64,000 bases of DNA from Fibrobacter succinogenes (GCA_902762305.1 CACWNW010000031.1:19047-83046); one strand, 5' to 3'. Positions 1 to 9,945 are shown, counted from the stretch's first letter. The notes: generated from the sequence alone by a model not told the origin. A program made the numbers and translations.

Positions 1-851
1 ATGATGACGGTGATAAAATCGACGGCCGTAATGGAACCGTTGTAATAGAAGTAACCACCGAACGGCAGAACCGTCAATAGCGTGGCAGGAGCGACTGTGA
101 TGGCAAGGGCGTGCGGCCAAATGCAATTGCGCATCCATTCGACAAAACAGTCGCTCCCTTCTTTTGCGGCTACTACAAACTTGTCATAAGAAGACTTTGA
201 CTTGCCAAACGCCTTGATGACTTCGATGCCGTTGATGTATTCAACCGCGGTGTCGTTCAACGCCTTCGTTTTCTGGATAGAATTGTCGAACCACTTTTGT
301 GCTCCGGCAAACATGACGGCCATGGCGATCATACCGATCGGGAGCGTTCCAAGCGAGGCTAGTCCCATGCGCCAATCGATATGGAAAAGGTAGACGAACA
401 TGAGCACAGGGAGAATCAGGTTCGAGGTAAATTCTGGGACTACGTGCGCAAGCGTCGTTTCCATGCTGTCGATGCGTTCTACCAGGATGTTCTTGAGCGC
501 GCCCGAGGGCATGTCGAGAACAGAACCGAGCGGCACGCGCGAAAGCTTGTCGCAAAGGTCCTTGCGGATGTTGCCGAGAACGTTAAACGTCGCTACGTGC
601 GAAAGCGTCGTCGAAATGCTGTGGAACAGGACATTCCCGAACCAGAACGCCGCAATAATCAGGCATTCCTTAAGGTAAACATCCCAGTCGTGCACGCCCG
701 AAAGCAGTTCGCGCACGATGTTTGCGATAATGATGTAAGGAGCGATTCCGCAAGCGACGCGCAAAAGCGCAAAGAAAATGCTTGCGATGTAGTATTTTTT
801 CTTGTTTTTGGCAAACAGAAAAATCCAAGAGAGCAGAGATTTCTTTTTCAT
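1..851 (-). CDS. ABC transporter, fused permease/ATPase type; only the N-terminal transmembrane domain is in the window
   Basis: Minus-strand frame is open from ATG (851-849) to the window edge. It is absent from the ORF track because no stop lies in the window. My translation MKKKSLLSWIFLFAKNKKKYYIASIFFALLRVACGIAPYIIIANIV...NVLGNIRKDLCDKLSRVPLG...EYINGIEVIKAFGKSKSSYDKF fits a type-I ABC exporter TMD. Plus-strand ORFs 381-956 and 400-678 are shadows. Confidence 0.7.
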   Translation of the reverse strand, partial: MKKKSLLSWIFLFAKNKKKYYIASIFFALLRVACGIAPYIIIANIVRELLSGVHDWDVYLKECLIIAAFWFGNVLFHSISTTLSHVATFNVLGNIRKDLCDKLSRVPLGSVLDMPSGALKNILVERIDSMETTLAHVVPEFTSNLILPVLMFVYLFHIDWRMGLASLGTLPIGMIAMAVMFAGAQKWFDNSIQKTKALNDTAVEYINGIEVIKAFGKSKSSYDKFVVAAKEGSDCFVEWMRNCIWPHALAITVAPATLLTVLPFGGYFYYNGSITAVDFITVI

Positions 852-979
852 TGCTTTTCCTCCCCAAATGGGTTGAACCCAAATTTTGGAAAAATAAACT
901 TTTGTTTCTACTCCAAATGGTTTTTCATTAAACTTTTTGGAGTAGATGTATTTTGACTCGATTTCTCAATTTGGGGGCG

Positions 980-3262
980 ATGAAACACTTATTTGCATAT
1001 AAATTGATAACTATCGTCATTATTTTGATTGCCGTTGCAGTGGTTGCGTCGCGTGCACAGGAACCGATAGGCGCGAATTCGAGCGAGCCTGCTGAAGAAG
1101 TGACGAATTTTGATGACTTTTTTGCTGAAGAATCCTCTGAAAATACTAATGGCAGTGATAAGGTGAATGAAATTGCAAATGATTTGCAAATTGGTGTGAC
1201 GGTTCTCGACGAGATGGGCGTTGATGGTGAAGGAATCAACGAAGCCGCTCCTGTCGACAAGAAGACAAAGGCGGAATCGGTCAAGGTGATGGATGCTACG
1301 GAACTTCAGGGCTCCAGCGCCACTATCGCCGACGCCACGAATCGTTCTTCGGGCGTGAAAATTCGCCAGTCGGGCGGCATGGGCAGCGAAAGCAAAATCA
1401 ATATCCGCGGCATGGAAGGGAAGAACGTGAAGGTGCTTGTCGATGGCGTGCCTGTCGATAACGGCAACGGAAATTTCTCGGTCAACGACATCCCAATCGA
1501 CAAGATTGACCGCATTGAGATATACAAGAGTTACGTGCCCGAACGCTTTGCGACTGACGGCATGGGCGGTGTGATTAACATTGTGACGCATGACTTGCCC
1601 AAGAGTTCTGTGACTGGTTCCTACAGCTTCGGGAGTTTCAATACGCACAAGGCTTCGCTCGACGCAAAGTATGTGTGGGTGGTCGATTCGCTTAAGAGTC
1701 GCTCTATTGCAACGGGAATCTCTGCCTACTTCAACTACTCCGACAACGATTACGAATTTACCACGCCCTACATGGATACGACCGTAACGCGTGATCACGA
1801 CCGCTATTACAGTTACAATGTGCTGCCGTATGTCTCGTTCGAAAGGTTCTTTTTTGACCGCATGACCCTTGGCGTAATTTACAACGCAATGGATAAGGAA
1901 ATCCAGTCGAATGCCCACCGCATCGAAGAGGCTACCGCAAATGCGCAGTCGTACGGCGTGAATCTTTCCCTCGAAAAGGCAAACCTGTTTGTGAAGGGGC
2001 TTTCGATGGGACTTTCACTGAGCTACGCCTTCGGCAAGGAGGCGGTTGTCGATACGAGCCACACGTATTATTATGGCTGGAGTAAAGAGAATCCCCGCGA
2101 AAGCAAAAAGGCCTATGGCGAAATCACGATGGGCGGGGCTTCGCATATAGAACGCAAGAACCAGACTTTTGTTGCTCCCTGGAATTTTGATTATGCGTTT
2201 ACCCAGAATCATATTCTTACCTGGAGTGGCCTGTATCGCTATGAATCCCAGAAACCGACTGACAAGCGCTCCGTTAAAGGACAAAGGCTCAACAATGCCG
2301 GATTCCCGGGCCACAGCCATTCGCTGGTATCGGGCCTTTCGCTCGAAAACAATTTCTGGAATGAACGAATCCAGAACGTGGCGGGCATCAAGGGGTATTA
2401 TTATATCATCGAAGCCGAAAATGACGGCGAAAATCGAATCCAGCAGCTTGCCGATGACTATGCCGACAATAAGGATTTTGGTTACAGCGAAAACCTGCGC
2501 GTGAAAATTCTGGATCAGGTTGCCGTTGTTGATCAGTTTGCGGTCAAGGGCGGCTACCAGCATAGCCTGCGATTCCCGACTCGCGAAGAAATCTTTGGCG
2601 ACGGCATGTATGTGCAGTGCGCCCCGAACCTGAAGCCAGAAAAGTCGGACAACTTTACAGCGGGTGCCGAACTCGACCTGCGAGAGATTCCGTTGCTCTT
2701 GAAGCTGCATCTGGAATTCAATTGGTTCTATATGCTTATGGATGACCGCATTTTCTGGAACAATTATGCGGCTATTCCGCGCCCGTATTACAACAGCGTC
2801 GGTACCAAGACGACCGGCTTTGAAATCGATGCCGCTGTCGATATCAACGAGTATGTATCGCTTTCTTATAACCTGACTAAGCAAGATGCTGAAAGCCGCG
2901 AAACCGATTTGGCGTTTGGAATTGCGAAGGGCTTGACCGTACCGAATATTCCCACGCTTTACATGAACTTCGGTGCAGAATTCCATATCGGCGACTTGCT
3001 TTTCCGTGATGACTTTTTCAAGCTTTACTGGCTTGCAAACTACACCGACGAATATTACTACTCGTGGAAGGTCTCCAACAAACAGGACAGAACCATTCCT
3101 AGTTCCTTCTCGCAGGATTTGGGTGTCGAATATTCGATCTTTGCCAATAAGCTTTCGTGGAATTTTGAAGTGCGCAACTTCATGGATAGGCTCGTCTACG
3201 ACAAGTATGGTGAATCCAAGCCCGGTCGCGCCTTTGCAACAAAAATCAAGTTTACACTATAA
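980..3262 (+). CDS. TonB-dependent outer-membrane receptor
   Basis: Signal-like N-terminus (MKHLFAYKLITIVIILIAVAVVASRAQE). Plug-domain motifs (GVKIRQSGGMGSESKINIRGMEGKNVKVLVDGVPV; IDRIEIYKS). Long beta-barrel-like region ending ...ATKIKFTL. Start moved from TTG 953 to ATG 980. Confidence 0.85.
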   Translation: MKHLFAYKLITIVIILIAVAVVASRAQEPIGANSSEPAEEVTNFDDFFAEESSENTNGSDKVNEIANDLQIGVTVLDEMGVDGEGINEAAPVDKKTKAESVKVMDATELQGSSATIADATNRSSGVKIRQSGGMGSESKINIRGMEGKNVKVLVDGVPVDNGNGNFSVNDIPIDKIDRIEIYKSYVPERFATDGMGGVINIVTHDLPKSSVTGSYSFGSFNTHKASLDAKYVWVVDSLKSRSIATGISAYFNYSDNDYEFTTPYMDTTVTRDHDRYYSYNVLPYVSFERFFFDRMTLGVIYNAMDKEIQSNAHRIEEATANAQSYGVNLSLEKANLFVKGLSMGLSLSYAFGKEAVVDTSHTYYYGWSKENPRESKKAYGEITMGGASHIERKNQTFVAPWNFDYAFTQNHILTWSGLYRYESQKPTDKRSVKGQRLNNAGFPGHSHSLVSGLSLENNFWNERIQNVAGIKGYYYIIEAENDGENRIQQLADDYADNKDFGYSENLRVKILDQVAVVDQFAVKGGYQHSLRFPTREEIFGDGMYVQCAPNLKPEKSDNFTAGAELDLREIPLLLKLHLEFNWFYMLMDDRIFWNNYAAIPRPYYNSVGTKTTGFEIDAAVDINEYVSLSYNLTKQDAESRETDLAFGIAKGLTVPNIPTLYMNFGAEFHIGDLLFRDDFFKLYWLANYTDEYYYSWKVSNKQDRTIPSSFSQDLGVEYSIFANKLSWNFEVRNFMDRLVYDKYGESKPGRAFATKIKFTL

Positions 3263-3277
3263 ACAAAAGGAAGTCAA

Positions 3278-4690
3278 ATGAACCTCTTTAAAAATAAAAT
3301 CATGATGGCCTTGGCATCGGCAAGCCTTGTCTTTGGCCTTGCCGCTTGCGATGATTCTAGCAGTGCCTCTACAGATGAGCCGACGAGTTCCAGTTCTGTC
3401 GAAAAGACTAAGGACAAGAGCTCTTCTTCGAAGGGAAAGAGTTCTTCTTCTAAAAAAGAAAGCAAAAGTTCTAGTTCTTCTAAGGCAGATGATAAGTCTA
3501 GCTCTTCTAAGGAAGAAAAGCAGGAAGAATCCAAGTACGTTCTCTCCTTTATTATGGAAACTTCGCAGTTTGTGGGTATCGCTCCGCTTTCTGCCGACCA
3601 GAAAAAGGTCGTCAAGGATTTTATCGAAGCTCCGAACGCTGGTTCCGTCGCCTATTTCAACGGCTCTGTCTATATACTTGCTACAGACGACGCCATGAAC
3701 AGTACGCTTTCTCGTTACGAGGTTGATGACGATTACAAGATGGCTGACAAGCCCGCTGCCACGGCCAAGTTTACGGGTACAAACGCCATCGCCATGAAGT
3801 TCTTGCATACAGAAAAGTCTGACGGAAAACTGTATGTGGAACAGGCTTTGGGCGATGCGATTACTGTCGTTGATATCAAGACGCTCAAGACGGTTAAGAC
3901 GATTGACCTTTCTGGCTATCTTGATGAAGAAAGCGGAGCCATGAGTACGGTCCCGGGTTCTGCAGTCATTAAGGGAGACAAAATGTATGTGTCGCTCAAC
4001 CAGTTCGTCGATTTCACCAACTTGATTGCCGGCCCGCGCGGTTCCGTGGCGATTATTGACTTGAATGCCGACGAGGTGGAAAAGGTCATCTACACCGACA
4101 AGGTGGCGGCTCTCGGCGGTATGGACGACATGAACGGAACGGCCTCTTTTGTTGACGAAAATGGCGATATCTACTTCTATTCCAACGCCTCCTACAGCTT
4201 TATTGAAGGATACCAGGAAGGCTGGGTACGTATCAAGAGTGGCGAAAGCGAATTCGATACCAGCTGGGTGTTCCGCATGCACGATGCGGCCTACGACGGC
4301 AAGAAGACCAACAATAACAGCCTGATGGTCGGCGGCACCTACATTGGTGACGGCAAGTTCTTCGGATTCTTTGGCAACTTCGCCGATCCGACTAACTTCA
4401 ACAACTACGAATGGGAATTCGTGGTGGTCGATGTCTACAAGAAGACTGTTGAAAAGGTCAAGGGCCTTACTCCGACCATCCCGTGGTTTGCTCCTTCTAT
4501 CCACCTCGATGCCGACGGCAAGAGCGTCCTCGTTGGCCACGCTGACAGCAAGGGCGGTGCCATTTACCGCTACGATATTGCCAGCGGCAAGGTCACTAAG
4601 GAAATGGACGTGACCACCGGAACTGCCTACTACATCGTCCCGATTGTAGATTATTTCTATGACGTCAGACGCTGCTGTAACGCTAAATAA
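3278..4690 (+). CDS. Surface lipoprotein with Ser/Lys-rich linker, probable partner of the adjacent TonB-dependent receptor
   Basis: Lipobox LVFGLAAC at the N-terminus, followed by a low-complexity SSSSK linker and a globular beta-rich domain. The gene begins 15 nt after the receptor stop. Specific family not recognised. Confidence 0.7.
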   Translation: MNLFKNKIMMALASASLVFGLAACDDSSSASTDEPTSSSSVEKTKDKSSSSKGKSSSSKKESKSSSSSKADDKSSSSKEEKQEESKYVLSFIMETSQFVGIAPLSADQKKVVKDFIEAPNAGSVAYFNGSVYILATDDAMNSTLSRYEVDDDYKMADKPAATAKFTGTNAIAMKFLHTEKSDGKLYVEQALGDAITVVDIKTLKTVKTIDLSGYLDEESGAMSTVPGSAVIKGDKMYVSLNQFVDFTNLIAGPRGSVAIIDLNADEVEKVIYTDKVAALGGMDDMNGTASFVDENGDIYFYSNASYSFIEGYQEGWVRIKSGESEFDTSWVFRMHDAAYDGKKTNNNSLMVGGTYIGDGKFFGFFGNFADPTNFNNYEWEFVVVDVYKKTVEKVKGLTPTIPWFAPSIHLDADGKSVLVGHADSKGGAIYRYDIASGKVTKEMDVTTGTAYYIVPIVDYFYDVRRCCNAK

Positions 4691-4711
4691 GTATTTTGTC
4701 CAATCACCTAC

Positions 4712-4748
4712 GGCCACCTTGCGAAAGCGGGGTGGCTGTTTTTTTTGA
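4712..4748. terminator. Bidirectional rho-independent terminator between convergent genes
   Basis: GGCCACC..loop..GGTGGC stem followed by TGTTTTTTTT, located between the stops at 4690 (+) and 4765 (-). Confidence 0.6.
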
Positions 4749-4764
4749 GAAGGGGAGGTCGTGG

Positions 4765-5703
4765 TTATTTTCCCTTCATACTTGCCTGAATTTTGGCAAT
4801 AACCTCCTCCGGTGTCACAAAATTCAAAATGCTAAAAGCCGTCATTTCATTACCCATGTCCTTGAACGAGGCTCCAAAATGATAAACGGTATCATCTATT
4901 AGCAGGAATCGGTCATGGATGGTGCGCATAGTTTTTAGTTCCAAGCCGGGATGTTGCTTGTTGTGCATGTCCTTGGCTGCTTTGAATTCGGGTGTGATGC
5001 GTGCGGAATAAATGACCGCCTTAATATTTTTCGCACGCATCGCGGCAAATTTCAAAACCTCGATATTTGCATACGGATCGATAAACACCACGGACTGTTT
5101 CGCAGATTTCACTAAATCCGCAATCAGTACAAGCCCGTCAAACCGAGTCCCTGTTGCAAGAATGCCTCCAGTCGGTGTTTGTGCCGCTTTAACGAAAAAA
5201 TCAATGTGTTTTTCGACGGTCGATAGGCGAGTGTTTACATTTTCAAGTTTCGATCCCTGTTTTTCAATTAATTGCCTTTGTTCCTGAAACTGATTGGCAA
5301 TCTGCATTCCTGTTGCAACCATTCGTTGGTTCACGGCATAGCCCTTGAGCATATATTCCTTCAGGATTTTATTTGCCCAACGACGGAATAATGTTGCGTT
5401 TTTGCTATTGACTCTGTATCCGATTGAAAGAATTGCATCGAGATTATAATACTTGGTTTCATACACCTGCTTTGAGTCTTTGCCCATATGTTCCAAAATG
5501 GAACATGTGCTGCTTTCATCTAGTTCTTGCGATGCGTAGATATTTTTTAAGTGCTTTGTAATGGCCGGTCGTTTGGTGCCAAATAAATCGGCAATTTGCG
5601 CTTGCGTGAGCCAGACCGTCTCGTTTTCAACGCGCACCTCCAAGCGGACTTCTCCTTCCGGCTGGTAAAGGACGATTTCACCTTTTTCTTCATTTTCGTT
5701 CAT
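4765..5703 (-). CDS. RhuM-family (virulence-associated / DNA-binding) protein
   Basis: N-terminal half (VRLEVRVENETVWLTQAQIADLFGTKRPAITKHLKNIYASQEL...YYNLDAILSIGYRVNSKNATLFRRWANKILKEYMLKGYAVN) matches the RhuM family as I remember it. C-terminal part ends ...IHDRFLLIDDTVYHFGASFKDMG. Confidence 0.65.
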   Translation of the reverse strand: MNENEEKGEIVLYQPEGEVRLEVRVENETVWLTQAQIADLFGTKRPAITKHLKNIYASQELDESSTCSILEHMGKDSKQVYETKYYNLDAILSIGYRVNSKNATLFRRWANKILKEYMLKGYAVNQRMVATGMQIANQFQEQRQLIEKQGSKLENVNTRLSTVEKHIDFFVKAAQTPTGGILATGTRFDGLVLIADLVKSAKQSVVFIDPYANIEVLKFAAMRAKNIKAVIYSARITPEFKAAKDMHNKQHPGLELKTMRTIHDRFLLIDDTVYHFGASFKDMGNEMTAFSILNFVTPEEVIAKIQASMKGK

Positions 5704-5910
5704 TTTTTACTCCAATAAACAAAAAAAGCCGGCCTTTGGATATATTAAAATCCCAATAATTGTTGGGGATATACCAAAAGGCCGACTTATTCGTCAGTCA
5801 TGGCTTGCAGACGGAATTCCGCTGCCAGTGCCTGTTAGGGGATAATATACAAAATTTTTGGATAAAAGGGGAAAGCCTTCCCCTCGCTACAGCCCCGGCC
5901 CCTCCCTGGT

Positions 5911-5939
5911 GTCATGCCCGACTTGGTCGGGCATCTCCT
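5911..5939. repeat. Short GC-rich hairpin repeat (TGTCAT-stem-loop-stem-ATCTCC family)
   Basis: TGTCATGCCCGACTTGGTCGGGCATCTCC has a 9-bp perfect stem. A degenerate second copy lies at 6009-6036 and a related copy at 25534-25559. Confidence 0.6.
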
Positions 5940-6130
5940 ATTAAACCCGCCCTAGCCGGGTCTTCCGCTACCTCTTCTCCTAGGGGCGTAGCCCCTAAAA
6001 CCCCAAGATGTCATGCCGTACTTGAAGTTGCATCTCTTTTTTATGCATATTTATCTAATTTTAGAGAGACTTGTTTACGCTTTCGGTCGTAATAAAGCAA
6101 ATTTGTAGCAGGATAAATTCGGTACTTGAT

Positions 6131-6715
6131 ATGAAAAACATCATCCTTATAGATTATGAAAATCTTCAAGTGAGAAATCTTGATGATGTTTATCATCTAG
6201 ATGCTGATATCTATGTTTTTCGTGGCCCGACTCAAAATAAACTTCCTGCTGAACTCATTGAGAGTGCGCAGAAGTTTGGATCGCGAATTACGTGGATAAA
6301 AACTAGTCGGCCAGGATATAATGCCTTAGATTTCCATATTGCGTATTATGTAGGACAAATGGTGCAAAATGATCCGAAGGTGTTTTTTCATATTGTTTCT
6401 AAGGATGATGGCTTTGATGCCCTGATAGACTTTATGAAAGAACGGAAACTTTTTATTGATCGTGTAGAGTCAATAGATGAAATTCCTTTGGTCAAGAAAA
6501 TGAAAGCGATAGAGAGTAACCCAGTTGCTTTTATTAAGGACAGAATTTTGAATGTTTCTAGTCCGTCCCGACTCAAGACTTTGCGGACAGCAATTGCAAA
6601 GTGGCTAGAAAAAGACGAAGAAAAACTTATTGATGGAATTGTCGAGTCGCTTAAGAAGGAAAAGTTCCTTGAAATTGATGCACAGGGGAAGGTGAATTAC
6701 CCGAAAAAGCGTTAG
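6131..6715 (+). CDS. PIN/NYN-like domain protein (hypothetical)
   Basis: Start set at ATG 6131 (MKNIILIDYENLQ...). The pattern IDYEN...YVF...ALDFHI...HIVSKDDGFD resembles LabA/NYN-type PIN-like nuclease domains. This is a low-certainty family call. Confidence 0.5.
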   Translation: MKNIILIDYENLQVRNLDDVYHLDADIYVFRGPTQNKLPAELIESAQKFGSRITWIKTSRPGYNALDFHIAYYVGQMVQNDPKVFFHIVSKDDGFDALIDFMKERKLFIDRVESIDEIPLVKKMKAIESNPVAFIKDRILNVSSPSRLKTLRTAIAKWLEKDEEKLIDGIVESLKKEKFLEIDAQGKVNYPKKR

Positions 6716-6914
6716 GGATAGTTACCCCTTGGGGCGGAGACTTGCTTGCAAGGCTCCGTGAGCGAAGCGAGTATAGCCCGACCCACGCCTGTGGGGAACG
6801 CCCTGTTTTTACCCCCATTTTCCATAGTTTTGCCTTTACTAATTAGCCAAGGCTTTCTAAATTTAGCTATGACTAATATATAAGGTCTAATTTTCGACCA
6901 AACGGAGCCGTCCT

Positions 6915-7334
6915 ATGGAACAAGTCAAGTTAAGCCAGAGCCTTGAAGACTACTTGGAAATGGTGCATATGCTGCGCCTTGCGAACGGGATTGCCCGTGT
7001 TCGCGACATTGCGGCGGCGCTCAAGGTCAAGATGCCGTCGGTTGCCAAGGCGGTGATTGAACTCAAGAAGCTAGGCCTTGTGACGCAGGAGCCTTACAGT
7101 GGCATTGAACTCACTTCTGAAGGTGCGCTCGTTGCGTCCCAGATTCTGAACCGTCACATTCTGTTGAAGGGCTTCCTGATCAAGCTCGGCGTGTCCGAGG
7201 CGATTGCCGACAAGGACGCCTGCTGCATGGAGCACATCCTTTCGGCGGAGACTCTCGAGAAAATCGAGGAATTTGTGAACACGCCCAATGAGCCGTCGAA
7301 AAAGTCGAAGACCGCTAAATCTACGAAAAAGTAA
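6915..7334 (+). CDS. DtxR/MntR-family metal-dependent transcriptional regulator
   Basis: LSQSLEDYLEMVHMLRLANGIARVRDIAAALKVKMPSVAKAVIELKKLGLV...SEGALVASQILNRHILLKGFL is a typical DtxR-type wHTH plus dimerisation helix. It sits directly upstream of feoAB. Confidence 0.85.
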   Translation: MEQVKLSQSLEDYLEMVHMLRLANGIARVRDIAAALKVKMPSVAKAVIELKKLGLVTQEPYSGIELTSEGALVASQILNRHILLKGFLIKLGVSEAIADKDACCMEHILSAETLEKIEEFVNTPNEPSKKSKTAKSTKK

Positions 7335-7345
7335 ATCGTTGGTGT

Positions 7346-7544
7346 ATGAATAACGAACCGAAGTTTTCGGAACTTAAAAAAGGCGACAAGGCCGAAATTA
7401 TTGGATACAACACGGGTGCGTGGCGTGGTGCTGCAGGTTTTGCAGGTGGCTCCGCTCGGCGACCCGGTCGAGGTCAGTGTGCTTTCGTACAGGCTCTCGC
7501 TCCGCAAGCAAGAAGCCAATGTGCTTAAGCTGAGGAGGGTCTGA
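7346..7544 (+). pseudogene. feoA: feoA-like gene with apparent frameshift
   Basis: N-terminal part MNNEPKFSELKKGDKAEIIGYNTG is in one frame. The FeoA-like C-terminus VRGVVLQVLQVAPLGDPVEVSVLSYRLSLRKQEANVLKLRRV is in another frame and ends at TGA 7542-7544, overlapping the feoB ATG. The 199-nt span is not a multiple of 3. Confidence 0.5.
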
Positions 7545-9874
7545 TGCCTATCGAGAAAGAGATTTTCACGATTGCGATTGCGGGTAACCCGAACTGCGGA
7601 AAGACCGCATTGTTCAACTCGCTTACCGGCTCGAACCAGATTGTGGGCAACTGGCCGGGCGTGACCGTCGAAAAGAAGGAAGGTCAGTTCAAGCTCGACA
7701 ACCACACGATTCGCGTGGTGGACCTGCCGGGCATCTATGCGCTTTTCGCGAACTCCGAAGACGAACGCGCCGCTCTTGATTACCTGCTCAAGGGCGAGGC
7801 GGACCTGGTGGTGAACATCCTGGATGCCACGAACCTGGAGCGCAACCTGTTCCTCACGAGCCAGCTGATGGAAAAGGGTGTGCCGATGGTATTGGCGGTG
7901 AACATGATGGATATCGCGGCGAGTCGCGGCATCCATGTGGACCTGCACAAGCTCGAAGAAATCCTCGGCGTGACGGCGATTGGCCTCACGGCGGTTTCGC
8001 CCAAGAGCTGCGAAGGCTTCGTGAACGACTTGCACAAGCTGCTGCATAACAGCCGCGAGCTTCCGCTCCCGAAGGCGGTCAAGCATTCTGAAGTCCTGGA
8101 AAAGCTGATTGAAGAAATTTCGGTGCCGCTCAAGCCCGTGGCCGATAAACTCGGCGCAAGCCCGCGCTGGACGGCGGTGCAGTACCTGGAGCATAGTGGG
8201 CGAGTGCTGGAACTTGCCGACGAACTCGGTGTCGAAATCCCGCATGACAAGATTGAAGAAGACTTGGGCGAAGAGGTGGAATTTGCATTGGCCGATTCCC
8301 GCTACTCCTATGCCCGCGACATCGCGAAGGCGGTCATCCGCGACAACACCAATAAGCGTACGCGAACCGACAAACTCGACAAGCTCTTCCTGAACCGCAT
8401 TCTGGGAATCCCGCTTTTCCTTATCGCCATGTATCTGGTGTTCTGGTTTGCGGTAAAGGTCGGCAGCGCGTTCATCGATTTCTTTGACATTCTGTTCGGC
8501 GGAATTTTCGTGGACGGCATGACTGAACTCCTGACGAAGATTGGCGCGCCGGGGGTTGTCGTGGCGCTTTTGGCGAACGGCATCGGTACGGGTATCCAGA
8601 CGGTGTCGACGTTCATTCCGGTCATCTTCTTTATGTTCCTTTGCCTTTCGTTCCTTGAAGATTCCGGCTATATGTCGCGTGCGGCGTTCGTAGCGGATCG
8701 CTTTATGCGGTTCCTCGGGCTTCCGGGCAAGGCGTTCGTGCCGATGATCGTGGGCTTCGGCTGCTCGGTGCCGGCGCTCATGGGCACGCGTACGCTCGAA
8801 AACAAGCGCGAAAGGTTCCTTACTTTGTTCCTGGTGCCGTTCATGAGCTGCGGCGCGCGCCTTCCGGTGTATGCGCTGTTCGGTGCGGCGTTCTTCGGCG
8901 AAAGCGCAGGGACGCTCGTGTTCGGAATTTACCTGACGGGCATTGTGATTGCTCTGATTTACGGCCTGCTCTTGCGCCATACGGTTTTCATGGGCAAGGA
9001 ATCGACATTCATCATGGAACTGCCGCCTTACCATTTGCCCAAGGTGCGCAACCTTTTCCGCCACGCATGGCTCCGTCTCAAGGAATTCGTTTTCCGCGCG
9101 GGCAAGGTCGTGCTCATTATGGTGACGGTGCTCGGCTTTATGGGTTCCGTTGGAACGGACGGAAGTTTCGGTAACGACAACAACGAAAAGTCGGTGTTGA
9201 GTGCCGTGGGTACGGTGATTACGCCGGTGTTCGAACCCTTCGGTGTCGAACGCGATAACTGGCCAGCTTCGGTGGCGCTCTTTACGGGGCTCTTTGCGAA
9301 GGAAGCAATTGTCGGTACGCTCAATTCGTTGTATGCCATTGAGGGCACGGGCGACGCTAACACTGCCGTAAAAGCGGGGGAGGCCGGCGCGACAGAGACT
9401 GCTGCCGAAACCGCGGCGGACAATGGCTTTAGCCTGAAATCCACTATAAAAGAGGCTCTCGTGAGTGTTCCGGCGAACCTGGTGGAAGTCTTTACATCGA
9501 TTGCAAACCCGCTGGGTGTCAAGGCTGCGATTGAAGAATCCGAAGGTGCCGGAAACGAAGGCGCGTACAAGACGATGCAGGCGCATTTCAACCTCGGGCG
9601 TTTCCAGGTGCTGGCCTACCTGTTATTTATATTGCTCTATGTGCCGTGCCTTGCCGCCATGGGAACCGCCTTCCGCGAACTCGGGCACTTCTATGGGACA
9701 CTTATGATGGTGCTTCAGACAGTCATTGGCTGGAGTCTCTCGGTACTGTTCTTCCAGGTGACCTGCGGGCATTCTACCGCGTGGATTGTAACCTCGGTGG
9801 CACTCCTCGCCGGTGTGGTCGTGAGCCTCGTGCTGATTGGCCGTAATCAGCGCAAAAAGAAGGTCTTCGAGTAG
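7544..9874 (+). CDS. feoB: Ferrous iron transporter FeoB
   Basis: 776 aa. N-terminal G-domain (IAIAGNPNCGKTALFNSLTG...DLPGIY) followed by a polytopic membrane domain with the typical FeoB gate motifs. Confidence 0.95.
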   Translation: MPIEKEIFTIAIAGNPNCGKTALFNSLTGSNQIVGNWPGVTVEKKEGQFKLDNHTIRVVDLPGIYALFANSEDERAALDYLLKGEADLVVNILDATNLERNLFLTSQLMEKGVPMVLAVNMMDIAASRGIHVDLHKLEEILGVTAIGLTAVSPKSCEGFVNDLHKLLHNSRELPLPKAVKHSEVLEKLIEEISVPLKPVADKLGASPRWTAVQYLEHSGRVLELADELGVEIPHDKIEEDLGEEVEFALADSRYSYARDIAKAVIRDNTNKRTRTDKLDKLFLNRILGIPLFLIAMYLVFWFAVKVGSAFIDFFDILFGGIFVDGMTELLTKIGAPGVVVALLANGIGTGIQTVSTFIPVIFFMFLCLSFLEDSGYMSRAAFVADRFMRFLGLPGKAFVPMIVGFGCSVPALMGTRTLENKRERFLTLFLVPFMSCGARLPVYALFGAAFFGESAGTLVFGIYLTGIVIALIYGLLLRHTVFMGKESTFIMELPPYHLPKVRNLFRHAWLRLKEFVFRAGKVVLIMVTVLGFMGSVGTDGSFGNDNNEKSVLSAVGTVITPVFEPFGVERDNWPASVALFTGLFAKEAIVGTLNSLYAIEGTGDANTAVKAGEAGATETAAETAADNGFSLKSTIKEALVSVPANLVEVFTSIANPLGVKAAIEESEGAGNEGAYKTMQAHFNLGRFQVLAYLLFILLYVPCLAAMGTAFRELGHFYGTLMMVLQTVIGWSLSVLFFQVTCGHSTAWIVTSVALLAGVVVSLVLIGRNQRKKKVFE

Positions 9875-9899
9875 ATTCTTGAGGGGCGAGTATCGTAAA

Positions 9900-9926
9900 G
9901 GGCGGCAGCGAAAATGCCGTCCTTTT
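9900..9926 (+). terminator. Rho-independent terminator after feoB
   Basis: GGGCGGCA-GCGAAAA-TGCCGTCC followed by TTTT. Confidence 0.55.
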
Positions 9927-9928
9927 GT

Positions 9929-9945
9929 TTTACATGTAATGTAAA
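9929..9945. promoter_or_regulatory. Dyad TTTACAT-N3-ATGTAAA upstream of gltB
   Basis: Perfect 7-bp inverted repeat TTTACATGTAATGTAAA. Further TTTTACA(T) half-sites lie at 9958-9964, 10011-10018 and 10050-10057, the last abutting the sigma54 -24 box. Confidence 0.4.

Noticed and set aside
381-956. 191-aa plus-strand ORF at the window start
   Set aside because: It is antisense to an open ABC-transporter TMD frame that runs off the window. The plus-strand translation has no membrane or enzyme features.
3274-3698. ORFs 3274-3615 (-) and 3327-3698 (+) overlapping the start of the lipoprotein gene
   Set aside because: They arise from the low-complexity Ser/Lys linker region (AGC/AAG repeats are open in several frames).
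7154-9586. 810-aa minus-strand ORF opposite feoB
   Set aside because: Shadow ORF. It has no recognisable motifs and an Arg/His-rich composition, while the plus strand encodes a complete FeoB.
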